Of a stretch of DNA of 64,000 nucleotides, positions 12,901 through 21,497 are shown piece after piece; the first letter of the stretch is position 1, and each line of letters begins with the position of its first letter. The position numbers and the translations under genes are program-made. Origin of the DNA: a candidate division WOR-3 bacterium (GTDB taxonomy: Bacteria > Hydrothermota > Hydrothermia > B15-G9 > WFZT01); NCBI GenBank assembly GCA_027053075.1, contig JALUEE010000033.1, forward strand, positions 32,001 to 96,000, in the 5' to 3' direction. The notes under the pieces were generated by a model. That model worked only from the letters and a program-made list of their open reading frames with translations. It searched no databases and was not told the DNA's origin.

Positions 12901-13985
12901 TTCAGATAGATGGGGATCATATCAGGCCTGGCCTCCATCTTGATGACAGCGTCTCGGAGGCCTTTCAGGGCCTTCATCTCGTTTGGGTATTTCTCGAGAA
13001 TTCTACGGTAAATTTTGATGGCGTCGGCACGCCTTTCCGGGATATTCGAGAGAATGTGGGCATATTCAAGCTGGTAATCCAGGTTGTTTGGGTTTCTACG
13101 AACATACTCTTCAATCTCACTTAATAGCTCTCTTGCAGTTTTTGGATTTGACGATGCCACCTGGATGTATTCAAATTTTAGATTTTTATCATTTGGACGG
13201 TATTTGAGGGCCTTCTTGTAATACTCAATGGCCTTTGAGGTGAGACCCTGGGCTGCGTATATTCTTGCTATCTCAATTATGCTGTTTACATCATCCGGAT
13301 ACTTTGAGAGTATCCGTCGCAAATACTTAAGAGCCTTTGAGTAATTCCCAAGCTTTTCTTCTGTAACTGCAAGTCCGAACAGGGCATCTCTGTCGCCACC
13401 GGACTGCAATCCAACGAATATACTTTTTGCTTTGGTGTACTTCCCGGCCTGAAGCAGGGAGTATGCAAATTCAAGTCTGGATTTGTAAGTGAAGAGAGAG
13501 GGCTTCGTTTTCTCAACGTCCTCGAAATACTTCACCGCCTCTTTTCCCTTGCCCTCCCAGTAGAGAACTCTGGCAAGGTAGAGCTTTGCCATTATGTTTT
13601 TGGGATTCAGCTTAACAGTCGTTCTTAGCTCTTTTTCTGCATTTCGCAGATCTGATTTATAAATATACAATTGGCCAAGGAGGTAATGGGCATCGGCATC
13701 TTTTGGCCGCATTTTCAGATATTTTTTGAGTAATCTAATGGCCTCGCTCCATCCTGACTTTTTCGTGCTTAAAATTTCAGCGAGCTCTTTTAACCCATCC
13801 GGGTTGTTGGGATAGTATTTCAGCAGGTCTCTGTAGGCCTTTTCTGCGGCATCCAGCTTACCAGAGGCCTTCAGAGAGCGGGCAATTTTCAGTCTCACGT
13901 CAAGCCCGTAGATATCCCCCTTTGCTTTCCTGGGAGTCGCAGAGAATAGCATACTGAACATAAGAATTGACGCTATTATTTGCAT
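9948..13985 (-). CDS. bcsC: Cellulose synthase outer-membrane subunit (long TPR array + C-terminal beta-barrel)
   Basis: Signal peptide, ~900 aa of TPRs, C-terminal barrel with GHGGYFSP motif; bcs context. Confidence 0.85.
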   Translation of the reverse strand: MQIIASILMFSMLFSATPRKAKGDIYGLDVRLKIARSLKASGKLDAAEKAYRDLLKYYPNNPDGLKELAEILSTKKSGWSEAIRLLKKYLKMRPKDADAHYLLGQLYIYKSDLRNAEKELRTTVKLNPKNIMAKLYLARVLYWEGKGKEAVKYFEDVEKTKPSLFTYKSRLEFAYSLLQAGKYTKAKSIFVGLQSGGDRDALFGLAVTEEKLGNYSKALKYLRRILSKYPDDVNSIIEIARIYAAQGLTSKAIEYYKKALKYRPNDKNLKFEYIQVASSNPKTARELLSEIEEYVRRNPNNLDYQLEYAHILSNIPERRADAIKIYRRILEKYPNEMKALKGLRDAVIKMEARPDMIPIYLKLLQKFPNDVNLRLKIADAYKNAGKPDVALSWYKSVLRYDPGNVWANLGIGGIYINQKQYDQAIIYYKRVLRKDPRNYYALVGLGGAYLALGDKESALKYYRKAYKIKQTAEVLKAIKEIEAENRVEMAEKLKNQGNYAKALLIYKKLLAQNPTSKRILLGIATCYHELGQDTKAIEYYNRILELNPEDKDAIIGKGWALLGLGKYQAAIDLIKSHNLINDPDGIKIIQQAQIQYYIKEAEKEKKQGHYDKALKYYLAARQIAPDNLDLLRGLAGVYMAMKKYDEAASVFSLLLQKFPNDTTLLRAYGDALYASGDLDKAIKVYEELYKRTKSPEVLQKIAKIKYTDKLKLAEYFKSRGKLEKALEIYQKLYQENPADIGVILGLAGVYFDLGKYEEARKLYSQVLVLDPSNKDALQGLVGSLIKLKKEDEALTYLISLYKRYKSKEIEEQIKKVEVYRIVKKAEEYKKKHKYYTAFVLYRKAYQLDPNNIDVLKGLAGLYAANGQLDEAAKLYEHALQLNPDDEDVAIDLARVYRGLGRDYSALRILKRLNVGSLDPRIALEYAKILYSLNRKYDALKVLEVAELNSNKETKKGGEEFLPPFLPEDTLEAIIADTLNIAKEIGIENISKNQLPPLLSLGPAIQPENFFVLRRQEAIYYIKQFKEKIQRELRAYIQLGPYYRQKSGTKGTSYLELPAFPVQVSFPLYNTRVTIQADAEEPGNGVSQDDGIGAQVTFEGPFTPGSFYLMAGITPMGFAGGTNFKGDLRFTFLLSDFWGFYLRGFVLPNDESYLAYVGEYAPKIGKLHGKVMETGGELGLVFRHPPKDLSMILGTSVLRGIRVYNNNKYEGLFRVGYSFKMPMYLDVLRVGFDFYLMSFKSYLGDYTIGHGGYFSPTFFSNNAIVMSLQRERDNLFFKLYGSAGAQYMRGPLTQYFKPGTKFGFSLGIDFEYFLSKSLLLGVNYNYNDVAPYFQDHRIWLFIRYYL

Positions 13986-14034
13986 ATGGGTACCTCCAAA
14001 GGTAAAATATAGACCATGATACTCGTTAAGGCAA
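13980..14034. promoter_or_regulatory. Overlapping divergent sigma70 promoters for bcsZ (+) and bcsC (-)
   Basis: + strand: TTGCAT(13980)-17-TAAAAT(14003)-7-ATG; - strand: TTGCCT(14034)-17-TATATT(14011), then SD GGAGG. Confidence 0.55.
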
Positions 14035-15122
14035 TTATTTTTTTTCTAATGAGTTACCATTGCAACCAAAAAGATATACAGAAAATTTTAAAAGAATCAT
14101 GGAAAACCTACAAAGTTCAATTTATCCAGAAAGACGGCAGGGTCCTCGATAAATACAACGGAAATATAACCACGTCAGAGGGACAGGCCTATGCTATGTT
14201 CAGGGCAGTCCTCGCCAACGATAAGGCCACATATTACAGAGTTTTAAACTGGACTCTGGTGAATTTGAGAGAGCACAGAGGGGATTGGCTCTTTGCCTGG
14301 AAATGGGGAAAAGACAAGTCCGGTAACTGGGGGGTGCTCGATTCTAATTCTGCAGGGGATGCTGACCAGCTAATCGCCTTCGATTTAATACTTGGGTATA
14401 AAAAATGGCATGATGACTCTCTTAAGGCCATGGCCAGAAGAGTGCTCGATGACATCTGGGTGAAAGAAGTAGCCAAAGTTGGAGACTGGTACTACATTTT
14501 ACCCGGTGAGTGGGCAAGGGATATGAAAGATTACAAAATTAATCCAAGTTATTTCCTGCCCTTTGCCTACCCTTATTTTCAGAAGCTGGACGGCACCCGC
14601 CCCTGGGATACACTTATTGTTTCAACTTACAGGGTTCTTGATAAAGCATCCACATGGATCGGACTACCGGTGAACTGGGCATTTGTAAATTCAGAGACTG
14701 GCGAAATCTATATTGTCGATGATGATCCAACCGACAATACTTCGGACTTTGGATTTGACGCTGTGAGGGTTTTTCAAAATGTTTATCTGGATTATCATCT
14801 CTTTAAAAGGAAGGCTGCCATTTCCTACCTTTACTCCCAGAAATGGCTTATCTCTTACTGGAAAGCCCGGGAGATGATACCTGCTGAGGTAACGGTTTAC
14901 GGATTTCCTCGTAAGAATTTTGAAGCAGTATCTATCTATGGCGGAGTTTTACCCGCTATCTATGTAATTGATAAGCGTGCTTTTGTGGAAATTTGTAAAA
15001 AGAAAATCCTGAAGGCATACAAAAAAGGCATCTTTGGAGATCCAAAAGATTATTATGCACAAAATTTAGTGTGGTTTTCCCTCGCCCTTATATTCTCCAG
15101 CTTTACTCTTCCTCTTCCATAA
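14016..15122 (+). CDS. bcsZ: GH8 endo-1,4-beta-glucanase
   Basis: TTSEGQAY (catalytic Glu), LFAWKWG, SAGDAD, INPSY, FGFDAVR, YYAQNL. Confidence 0.92.
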   Translation: MILVKAIIFFLMSYHCNQKDIQKILKESWKTYKVQFIQKDGRVLDKYNGNITTSEGQAYAMFRAVLANDKATYYRVLNWTLVNLREHRGDWLFAWKWGKDKSGNWGVLDSNSAGDADQLIAFDLILGYKKWHDDSLKAMARRVLDDIWVKEVAKVGDWYYILPGEWARDMKDYKINPSYFLPFAYPYFQKLDGTRPWDTLIVSTYRVLDKASTWIGLPVNWAFVNSETGEIYIVDDDPTDNTSDFGFDAVRVFQNVYLDYHLFKRKAAISYLYSQKWLISYWKAREMIPAEVTVYGFPRKNFEAVSIYGGVLPAIYVIDKRAFVEICKKKILKAYKKGIFGDPKDYYAQNLVWFSLALIFSSFTLPLP

Positions 15123-17421
15123 GTCTCCTCTTCTTGTACTCATCCACAAGTGCTCTTATAACCTTGTAGAGGAGGTACAGCACAATGATCATGAGAATGG
15201 AGAGAATCAGCACGTGCCTGGCGAAGAAAAATCTCAATCTCTTGAAGAAGCCAACATGGCCAACAATTCTCTTGTGACCAATATCAATGGACTTGACCTC
15301 AAAGGAAGAGTTGACCGCTACAATATTTCCTTTCTTGAATTTTGTCAGGATTTTAGGCATTAAAAGTGCCTCAAGAGGATACTGTATATTTTTCCTGTTT
15401 CTGGAATAGGCGATGAGGACCGTCTTGTCCTTATTGTATGGAGATATAATCTGCTCCAGGAAACCAGCAGAATCATAGTCGTAGGCCTTTATCACCTCGA
15501 TTTTAACACCCTCTTCTCCACCGCCAAAAATTCTTTTCCAGAAACTTCTCTTTTTCACAGTAACGTAGGTTCTAAGACTTTTGACCCCATACTTGGTTAT
15601 GTAGAGATATTTTCTGTCAGATAACTCTCGTATAAACGAGTTGTTTGCCTCGTTGCCAAATGTGATAAAGTGGTAATTTTTAAGCATTTCTTCGCCGCTG
15701 AGCTGAGCCGGTGTCAAAACCTTAAACTGGATGGATTGCGGAGAAGTTTCTTTCCCAAAGTAAGTGACAAGGAGCAGAAGATTGTGTATGTCATCATAGT
15801 CATACTTATCAGGCAAAACAAAGACCACGTCCTTCATGTTTTGCCAGAGTGTGTACGGGAAACCTGCGTATTTGATCAGACTAACATCGGGCATCTCGGT
15901 GAAGTATTCACGATCCATTTTGATTGTAGAGCTCGCATGGATGGTTCCCCATATCTGCTTATCAGAGACCCTTCTACAGGGATCGTAATTAATGGGGAAG
16001 AGGTGGAAAACGACAACCATGTGGTTTCTGGCCCCCAGAAGCCATGTTGGGAGTGGTACATTCAAAGTGGCATAGGATTCACCCGACTTATTTCTCAATA
16101 GCTTCGAGACCACCGAGCGATTATTTATTATCACCTCAACCATGGATAATCTACCGTCCAGACCTGCACTGTAGCTGTAAACTAACTTCAATTTAGCGCC
16201 CTTGGTGAGAAACTGAGCGTCCGGCTGTGTAAACAGGTTTATATTCACAGGCTTGGCATAAAAGCCACGAACAGTGGTGTCGGACATCCCGAGCTCTGAG
16301 AGTTCAAACTTTGTCTTTAATGGTATGTATCCCTTTTGCTGCCGATATTTAAGGGTATCCACCATGTTTACATCATAAATAACAGCTCTTGGGCCTGAGA
16401 GAATTTTATTACCTGCAAATAGAGCCTTTGCTGCCTTTAATACACCCTGGGGATCCATTCCTGTTACAATTAAAACGGCCCTCTTGGTGTTTTTAGGGTC
16501 ATTCTTGACCATGATGACACCTGTTCCAGGGGACACGCCAGCACCCTTCTTGGGGAAAAGCTCATCTGTAGAGGCAAACTTCAAAATCTCCGGGTTTTCT
16601 TTAATAGTTCCTACAAGGATGATATCCTTATTGGTCTCGGATGACGATTTCAAAATATTGACCTTTACGTCCCTAAAGGAAATGTAATTGGAGAGGATGA
16701 AATCGATGTAGGACATAGCCTCAATGGTCGAGACCGTGGGTGTAGAAGGCACCACAAAATTGATTTCTCTTGGCCCATAGTCCCTTTTATCAAAGAACGG
16801 GTATGGGAAAACCCCAAGATTAACGATTGGAGAAATGGGACGATATTTAAACAGAATGTACGATTTCTTGGAGACCTTTGTCCATAGAGCAGGTGAAAAG
16901 GGGTCCTCACAGTCCTCTGTGTAGTGCTGATCAACTAAGAAGCTCAGGGTGTTGTAGTCATCCAGTATGTAAGGTGGAATGGGCAGAACGATCTCTGTTG
17001 TTACGGAGTTTTCTTTTGTCAACGTTATGGATTTAAGGGTTATGTTGTTGATTGCGATAGAAAGGTGTGACATGCTTGGGAGAAGTGCCTCAGAATGGTT
17101 AAAAAATATGTGTATTTCTGTACCTTCCAAGACATTCCATCTTTTGGGTTTCGTAAATGTTAGCCTCTCAGTAGCGTGCAATCCCTTTAAATTCAGGTCT
17201 TTTTTCACAAACAGGTCTTTTTCAAATGTGGCTCTATAGGTTGAGACTCCTGCGACTCTGGGAGCCTTTTTAACTGATTTTGGAGGTGCAGCCGGTTTAC
17301 TCTTTTTGACAACTTTTTTACGGTATGTAGAACGGTAATAAGGTTTCTTACGAACGGTAACTGCATTGAGCATCGAACCTGTTAAGAAAAACAAAACCAT
17401 CAGGTATAATACCTTCCTCAT
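15103..17421 (-). CDS. bcsB: Cellulose synthase periplasmic co-polymerase
   Basis: Signal peptide MRKVLYLMVLFF (start 17421); two CBD/flavodoxin repeats (CEDPFSPALW, FPYPFFD, GFPYT); C-terminal TM anchor. Confidence 0.88.
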   Translation of the reverse strand: MRKVLYLMVLFFLTGSMLNAVTVRKKPYYRSTYRKKVVKKSKPAAPPKSVKKAPRVAGVSTYRATFEKDLFVKKDLNLKGLHATERLTFTKPKRWNVLEGTEIHIFFNHSEALLPSMSHLSIAINNITLKSITLTKENSVTTEIVLPIPPYILDDYNTLSFLVDQHYTEDCEDPFSPALWTKVSKKSYILFKYRPISPIVNLGVFPYPFFDKRDYGPREINFVVPSTPTVSTIEAMSYIDFILSNYISFRDVKVNILKSSSETNKDIILVGTIKENPEILKFASTDELFPKKGAGVSPGTGVIMVKNDPKNTKRAVLIVTGMDPQGVLKAAKALFAGNKILSGPRAVIYDVNMVDTLKYRQQKGYIPLKTKFELSELGMSDTTVRGFYAKPVNINLFTQPDAQFLTKGAKLKLVYSYSAGLDGRLSMVEVIINNRSVVSKLLRNKSGESYATLNVPLPTWLLGARNHMVVVFHLFPINYDPCRRVSDKQIWGTIHASSTIKMDREYFTEMPDVSLIKYAGFPYTLWQNMKDVVFVLPDKYDYDDIHNLLLLVTYFGKETSPQSIQFKVLTPAQLSGEEMLKNYHFITFGNEANNSFIRELSDRKYLYITKYGVKSLRTYVTVKKRSFWKRIFGGGEEGVKIEVIKAYDYDSAGFLEQIISPYNKDKTVLIAYSRNRKNIQYPLEALLMPKILTKFKKGNIVAVNSSFEVKSIDIGHKRIVGHVGFFKRLRFFFARHVLILSILMIIVLYLLYKVIRALVDEYKKRRLMEEEE

Positions 17422-17440
17422 CGTTTCCTCCTTTTTGTGC

Positions 17441-19564
17441 TTACTTTTTAGATTTAACCATATGTGAAACAACCCTGACCGGGGTCGTTAGCACTCTGCC
17501 CAGTGATTTTAGTGGATTATCCTCCTCAGCCTCAGTATAAATCCACTTATCCGCAGGCGAGTATATAAGCTGAATAATATCTTTTCTGGTCTCAATATCC
17601 TCATCTGTGAGATTAAATTTGAGTCCTGCTATAGTGGAATTTTCCAGCTTAACGTACCAGGCAACCTCGGCCTTCACAAAAACCCTTTTGCCCTGTTTAC
17701 CGAAAATTATGAGGTCAACATTTTTAGGTAAATCAATGGCCTTGTTGAGAGTGATTTTAGCACCACCTTCAGATAAATCCTCCACCTTTCCAATATAACC
17801 CTTGCTTCGTATCCAGACCTGACAGGGCAGGTCAACCTCCACCCTGTAGTACCGTCGTCGCTGAGGTCTCTCAAATGCCACGAAGGTCGAGGCAAGGACT
17901 ATGAAGAAGTTAAACAGATTCCAGAATCCGTTGATGAGCACAGCATCAATCTCATCAGGATGAGTCTTCCAGCGAATGGGCGTAAAGATAATACCTAAAA
18001 TGGTGAGTGCAAGCAGGGCAAGAAGTGGCCTTACCGGGCGGATGTCAAAGTAGTATTCATCTTCTTTGGCCACTTTGGGGGTAACGACAAATCTTCCTTT
18101 TCTCGGATTTATCAGAGTGACAGTAGAAATTACAAGAGAATAGTATGAGCGCGCCGTTTCGTAAATCTCCGTCCAGAAAGAATGTCTCACGTTCTTTGAC
18201 ATGAGAGAACCTGTTAGGACAGCACCTATAAGGTGGGGGAACGCGTAAGCCACAACATCAAGTGCTGTACCAACAAGAGGGTAAATACCGAACAACAGGT
18301 ATGAGAGGGGGGCAAGAATAAAAACAATTCTTGCATAACCAGAGAAAAAGTGAATCATGGAGTTCAGGTATGCAAGACGCTGAGGGATGGTTAGTCCCTT
18401 TTTAAACAATGGATTATCAAGCCTGAAAATTTGAATCATCCCTCTCGTCCATCTACCCCTCTGTGAAACGTAATAAGCATATCTATCAGTGGCAATACCA
18501 GCAGCCTGAGGAATGCCAAGATAAACTGAATTCCATCCCCGTGCGTGCAGTTTAATGGATGTATGCGCATCCTCTGTAACAGTATCCTGAGCTATACCAC
18601 CTATTTCCTCAAGTGCTTTTCTTTTGAGAACAGCACATGAACCGCAGAAGTAAACCGCGTTCCAGAGGTCCTTCCCGGGCTGAACGAGGTGGTAAAAGTA
18701 CTGCTGCTCCTCAGGTAACACCTTCTCAAGATATAGATTCCTCTCGTAAACATCAGGATTGTAGAAATGATGTGGAGTCTGAACGAGGGCCAGCTTTGGG
18801 TCCTTCAGGAAGAATCCCACAGTCATCTGAAGGAAACTCCTTGTGGGCACATGGTCGGCATCAAAGATCGCGATAAGGTCACCGTTAGTCAATTTCAGGG
18901 CGTGGTTTATATTGCCGGCTTTAGCTCCTTCGTTGGTCTCACGGGTTATATAGTGAGCACCAAGCTCCTCGGCCAATTTCTTCACCTCGGGTCTACGACC
19001 GTCATCAAGCACATAGACCTTCTTTTTCGGATAGTCGATTGCAAGCGCTGCAGCAATGGTTGGCCTCAAAACTTCCAGGGGCTCATCGTAAGTAGGAATG
19101 AAAATGTCCACTGTCGGCCACTTACTGATATCCTCAGGAAGTGGCACGGGCTTTCGGTTTATAGGCTCAATGATCTCAAAATAACCAAGGATAAGTACGA
19201 GGAAACCATAAAGCTCTGCAAGTAAAAGTATTACACTGACAATAAAACTTGCAGTGTAATAGGTGTTTATAGTCTCGGTAGCCCTCCAGTAGAAGTATCT
19301 GAATGAGAGGGCAAAGCTCAATGTAAGCATAAAGATACGCTCTTTTGGGAACCACTTATAAATGATCAGCATGAGGAGCAAAATCGGGGTTGATACAATG
19401 AGCTGCTCCTTCCAGTAAAGTTTAAAAGTGATAAAGTAGAGACTGACTATAATTGTTAGAAGATAGATAACAACTTTAAGCCACGGATATGTTCCTACTG
19501 ACCTGTAAATTAGGAAATCGAATCTTCTTGCGCCTTTCTGGGCTTTCCGGAAGAGGGCGGTCAT
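17441..19564 (-). CDS. bcsA: Cellulose synthase catalytic subunit with PilZ domain
   Basis: DDG, GAKAGN, DADH, QTPH, FCGS, TED, QRGRW; PilZ RRRYYR and DLSEGG. Confidence 0.96.
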   Translation of the reverse strand: MTALFRKAQKGARRFDFLIYRSVGTYPWLKVVIYLLTIIVSLYFITFKLYWKEQLIVSTPILLLMLIIYKWFPKERIFMLTLSFALSFRYFYWRATETINTYYTASFIVSVILLLAELYGFLVLILGYFEIIEPINRKPVPLPEDISKWPTVDIFIPTYDEPLEVLRPTIAAALAIDYPKKKVYVLDDGRRPEVKKLAEELGAHYITRETNEGAKAGNINHALKLTNGDLIAIFDADHVPTRSFLQMTVGFFLKDPKLALVQTPHHFYNPDVYERNLYLEKVLPEEQQYFYHLVQPGKDLWNAVYFCGSCAVLKRKALEEIGGIAQDTVTEDAHTSIKLHARGWNSVYLGIPQAAGIATDRYAYYVSQRGRWTRGMIQIFRLDNPLFKKGLTIPQRLAYLNSMIHFFSGYARIVFILAPLSYLLFGIYPLVGTALDVVAYAFPHLIGAVLTGSLMSKNVRHSFWTEIYETARSYYSLVISTVTLINPRKGRFVVTPKVAKEDEYYFDIRPVRPLLALLALTILGIIFTPIRWKTHPDEIDAVLINGFWNLFNFFIVLASTFVAFERPQRRRYYRVEVDLPCQVWIRSKGYIGKVEDLSEGGAKITLNKAIDLPKNVDLIIFGKQGKRVFVKAEVAWYVKLENSTIAGLKFNLTDEDIETRKDIIQLIYSPADKWIYTEAEEDNPLKSLGRVLTTPVRVVSHMVKSKK

Positions 19565-20355
19565 TTTTTGATCACCTGCTCAAGAACAGCCTCTCTGGCT
19601 TTTATTTCTTTGGCCAATAATCTGAATGCCCGCGCTCCTGCTGACCCTGGCTCATGATAGATGACAGGTTTGCCGTACGCAAGGGCTTCTGCAATATTCA
19701 GGTCCTTGGGAATCTTGGTTTTAAATGGGATGTTTTTATACTTCTGCTCAAGGACCCTGGCCGTTTGAACCATCAATTCTTCACGGCCGTCGTACATGTT
19801 TATGATTATACCAAGTACCCGTAAAGTTGGTTTTAATTTCTCCTTAATGTCTTTAAGAAAAACAAAAACCGCTGGAAGTGTCCTGTATGCGAGGGGTTCG
19901 GATTGAACAGTAATCATCACCGCATCCGAGGCCACAACAGCACTTCCCGTAATGCTGTTAAATGTTGGCGGCGTATCAATAAGAATGTAATCGTACCGGT
20001 CTTTTACCCCGGTATACTCAAACCAGTTTTTGAGCCTATCGAGGTTTTTTGATACAGATGATATTTTCCACTCAAGGTACGGATTCACCGGACCACTGGG
20101 GATTATATCAATGTTCTGGAAAGGGGTTTTCTTTATCACATCCTCAGGTCGGACATTCTTTAAAAGGATATTAAAGCTACCACTCTCCAGCTTTTCCTTG
20201 TATAGACCTATGCCCAGATAGAGAGAGTTTTGAGGGTCAAGATCAACTAAGAGAACTTTATCGCCTGATTCCGCAAATGCCGCTCCAAGATTTATTACAA
20301 CGGTTGTTTTACCCACTCCACCTTTTTTGGACAGTATAGCGTAGATTTTTCCCAT
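19561..20355 (-). CDS. bcsQ: ParA/MinD-family ATPase, positional BcsQ equivalent
   Basis: KKGGVGKTT, DLDPQ, IDTPP; 4-bp overlap with the bcsA start. Confidence 0.75.
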   Translation of the reverse strand: MGKIYAILSKKGGVGKTTVVINLGAAFAESGDKVLLVDLDPQNSLYLGIGLYKEKLESGSFNILLKNVRPEDVIKKTPFQNIDIIPSGPVNPYLEWKISSVSKNLDRLKNWFEYTGVKDRYDYILIDTPPTFNSITGSAVVASDAVMITVQSEPLAYRTLPAVFVFLKDIKEKLKPTLRVLGIIINMYDGREELMVQTARVLEQKYKNIPFKTKIPKDLNIAEALAYGKPVIYHEPGSAGARAFRLLAKEIKAREAVLEQVIKK

Positions 20356-20364
20356 ATCACTCCT

Positions 20365-20781
20365 TTACTCAAAGGAGAAGAAGTCTTTAGCAGTTTTCGC
20401 TGACTTCTTTCTCTTCTCTATAACCTTTTCAACGGCTTTCCTTCCCTCTTCCTCTTCAATAAGAGATTCAAAGAATTTTCTCGCGGTTTCTTTGCCACCG
20501 AGTCTCACTTCTTCTATCTTCTCCTCGATAATCTTTTCCTTCACCTCAGGTGGTAGCTCACGGAATACCTCCTCGAGGATCTTCTCAATAGGAGCGTTCT
20601 CCTGCAACAAGGGGTAAAGAATCTCTTCTTTAGATTTCTCCTCTTCCTCGGTAAATGACCTGTAGGGAAAATCTTTAATCTTATACTCCTCTGTCAGCTC
20701 CTTTACATCGAGGTCTTCCGATATTTCAATCGGAGGCGGCTCCTCTTTACCGCGCTTTTTTAACTTCTTCTTTATAAGCAT
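20365..20781 (-). CDS. BcsR/BcsP-like small acidic protein
   Basis: DVKELTEEYKIKDFPYRSF...YPLLQE matches the BcsR/P pattern D-I-x-x-L-x-x-x-F-x-L-x-D-x-x-Y-x-x-I ... WPLLxE; directly upstream of bcsQ. Confidence 0.65.
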   Translation of the reverse strand: MLIKKKLKKRGKEEPPPIEISEDLDVKELTEEYKIKDFPYRSFTEEEEKSKEEILYPLLQENAPIEKILEEVFRELPPEVKEKIIEEKIEEVRLGGKETARKFFESLIEEEEGRKAVEKVIEKRKKSAKTAKDFFSFE

Positions 20782-21444
20782 TTAAATCACCTCTTTTGCC
20801 TCTCCGAGACTGATTCCCAGCTTCTTGAGTAGAAGGGTATAATCAGGATTCTCCGCGAGTATCCTCTCAATTTCTTTGATATTTTTGGAGGTGCTCACAA
20901 GGAAGATAAATCTGCCTTCTCCTCCCTTGAAGCTGGTGATCTCAAGCGCTCTGATACCCTTTCCTATGAGCGATGAGAAAACTCCTGTAAAAAACCCCGA
21001 AAGGAGCATAGCTGTTGGTAGAACCTCGCTACTCTTGCCGTAAGCAAGCGGAGAATAAACTGGAAGAATATAAAACTGCTTCTCTTTTTTAGCCTTGGAT
21101 AGGTCAATCTCTGCCCATCTTTTGAGAAGGAGGTAATCGTTCAGGATTTTCAGGAAAAGCTCAACCTCAAGGTCTGTAATGGATTCTCCATAGTTAGAGG
21201 TTATGAAGTTGTCCATCCTTTTGTAGAACTTCTCTCCCCAATTTGCACCAATTTCATAGAGAATCTGCATTCCCTCTTCGTATTCTGTCAGCACACCCGC
21301 GATAGCGTCGAGGAAATCCTCGGTAACCATGATTTCCACAGGGCTGTTAAAAAACTGAATCCTTCCGCTTTTAATAGCCACGGGAAGCGGTCTTTTCTCC
21401 GCCGACTCCTCTACATCTCCCAGATCCCAAAAAGACTCTTTCAT
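20782..21444 (-). CDS. V4R/HNOX-like fold protein, first gene of the bcs operon
   Basis: LYEIGANWGEKF, WAEIDL, SGFFTGVFSSLIGK..LEI..G..F pattern of V4R proteins; no Cys. Confidence 0.75.
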   Translation of the reverse strand: MKESFWDLGDVEESAEKRPLPVAIKSGRIQFFNSPVEIMVTEDFLDAIAGVLTEYEEGMQILYEIGANWGEKFYKRMDNFITSNYGESITDLEVELFLKILNDYLLLKRWAEIDLSKAKKEKQFYILPVYSPLAYGKSSEVLPTAMLLSGFFTGVFSSLIGKGIRALEITSFKGGEGRFIFLVSTSKNIKEIERILAENPDYTLLLKKLGISLGEAKEVI

Positions 21445-21464
21445 AACTCCTCTCCTTTTTCTTT

Positions 21465-21494
21465 AATTTAAATTGATAGCGTCTTTTAAGTCAA
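21465..21494 (-). promoter_or_regulatory. Probable promoter of the V4R-bcsR/P-Q-A-B operon
   Basis: TTGACT-18-TAAATT followed by AAGGAGAGGAG SD. Confidence 0.5.
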
Positions 21495-21497
21495 GCT

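Noticed and set aside
11100..13900. Repetitive pattern in bcsC
   Set aside because: These are ordinary TPR protein repeats, not a DNA repeat or CRISPR array.
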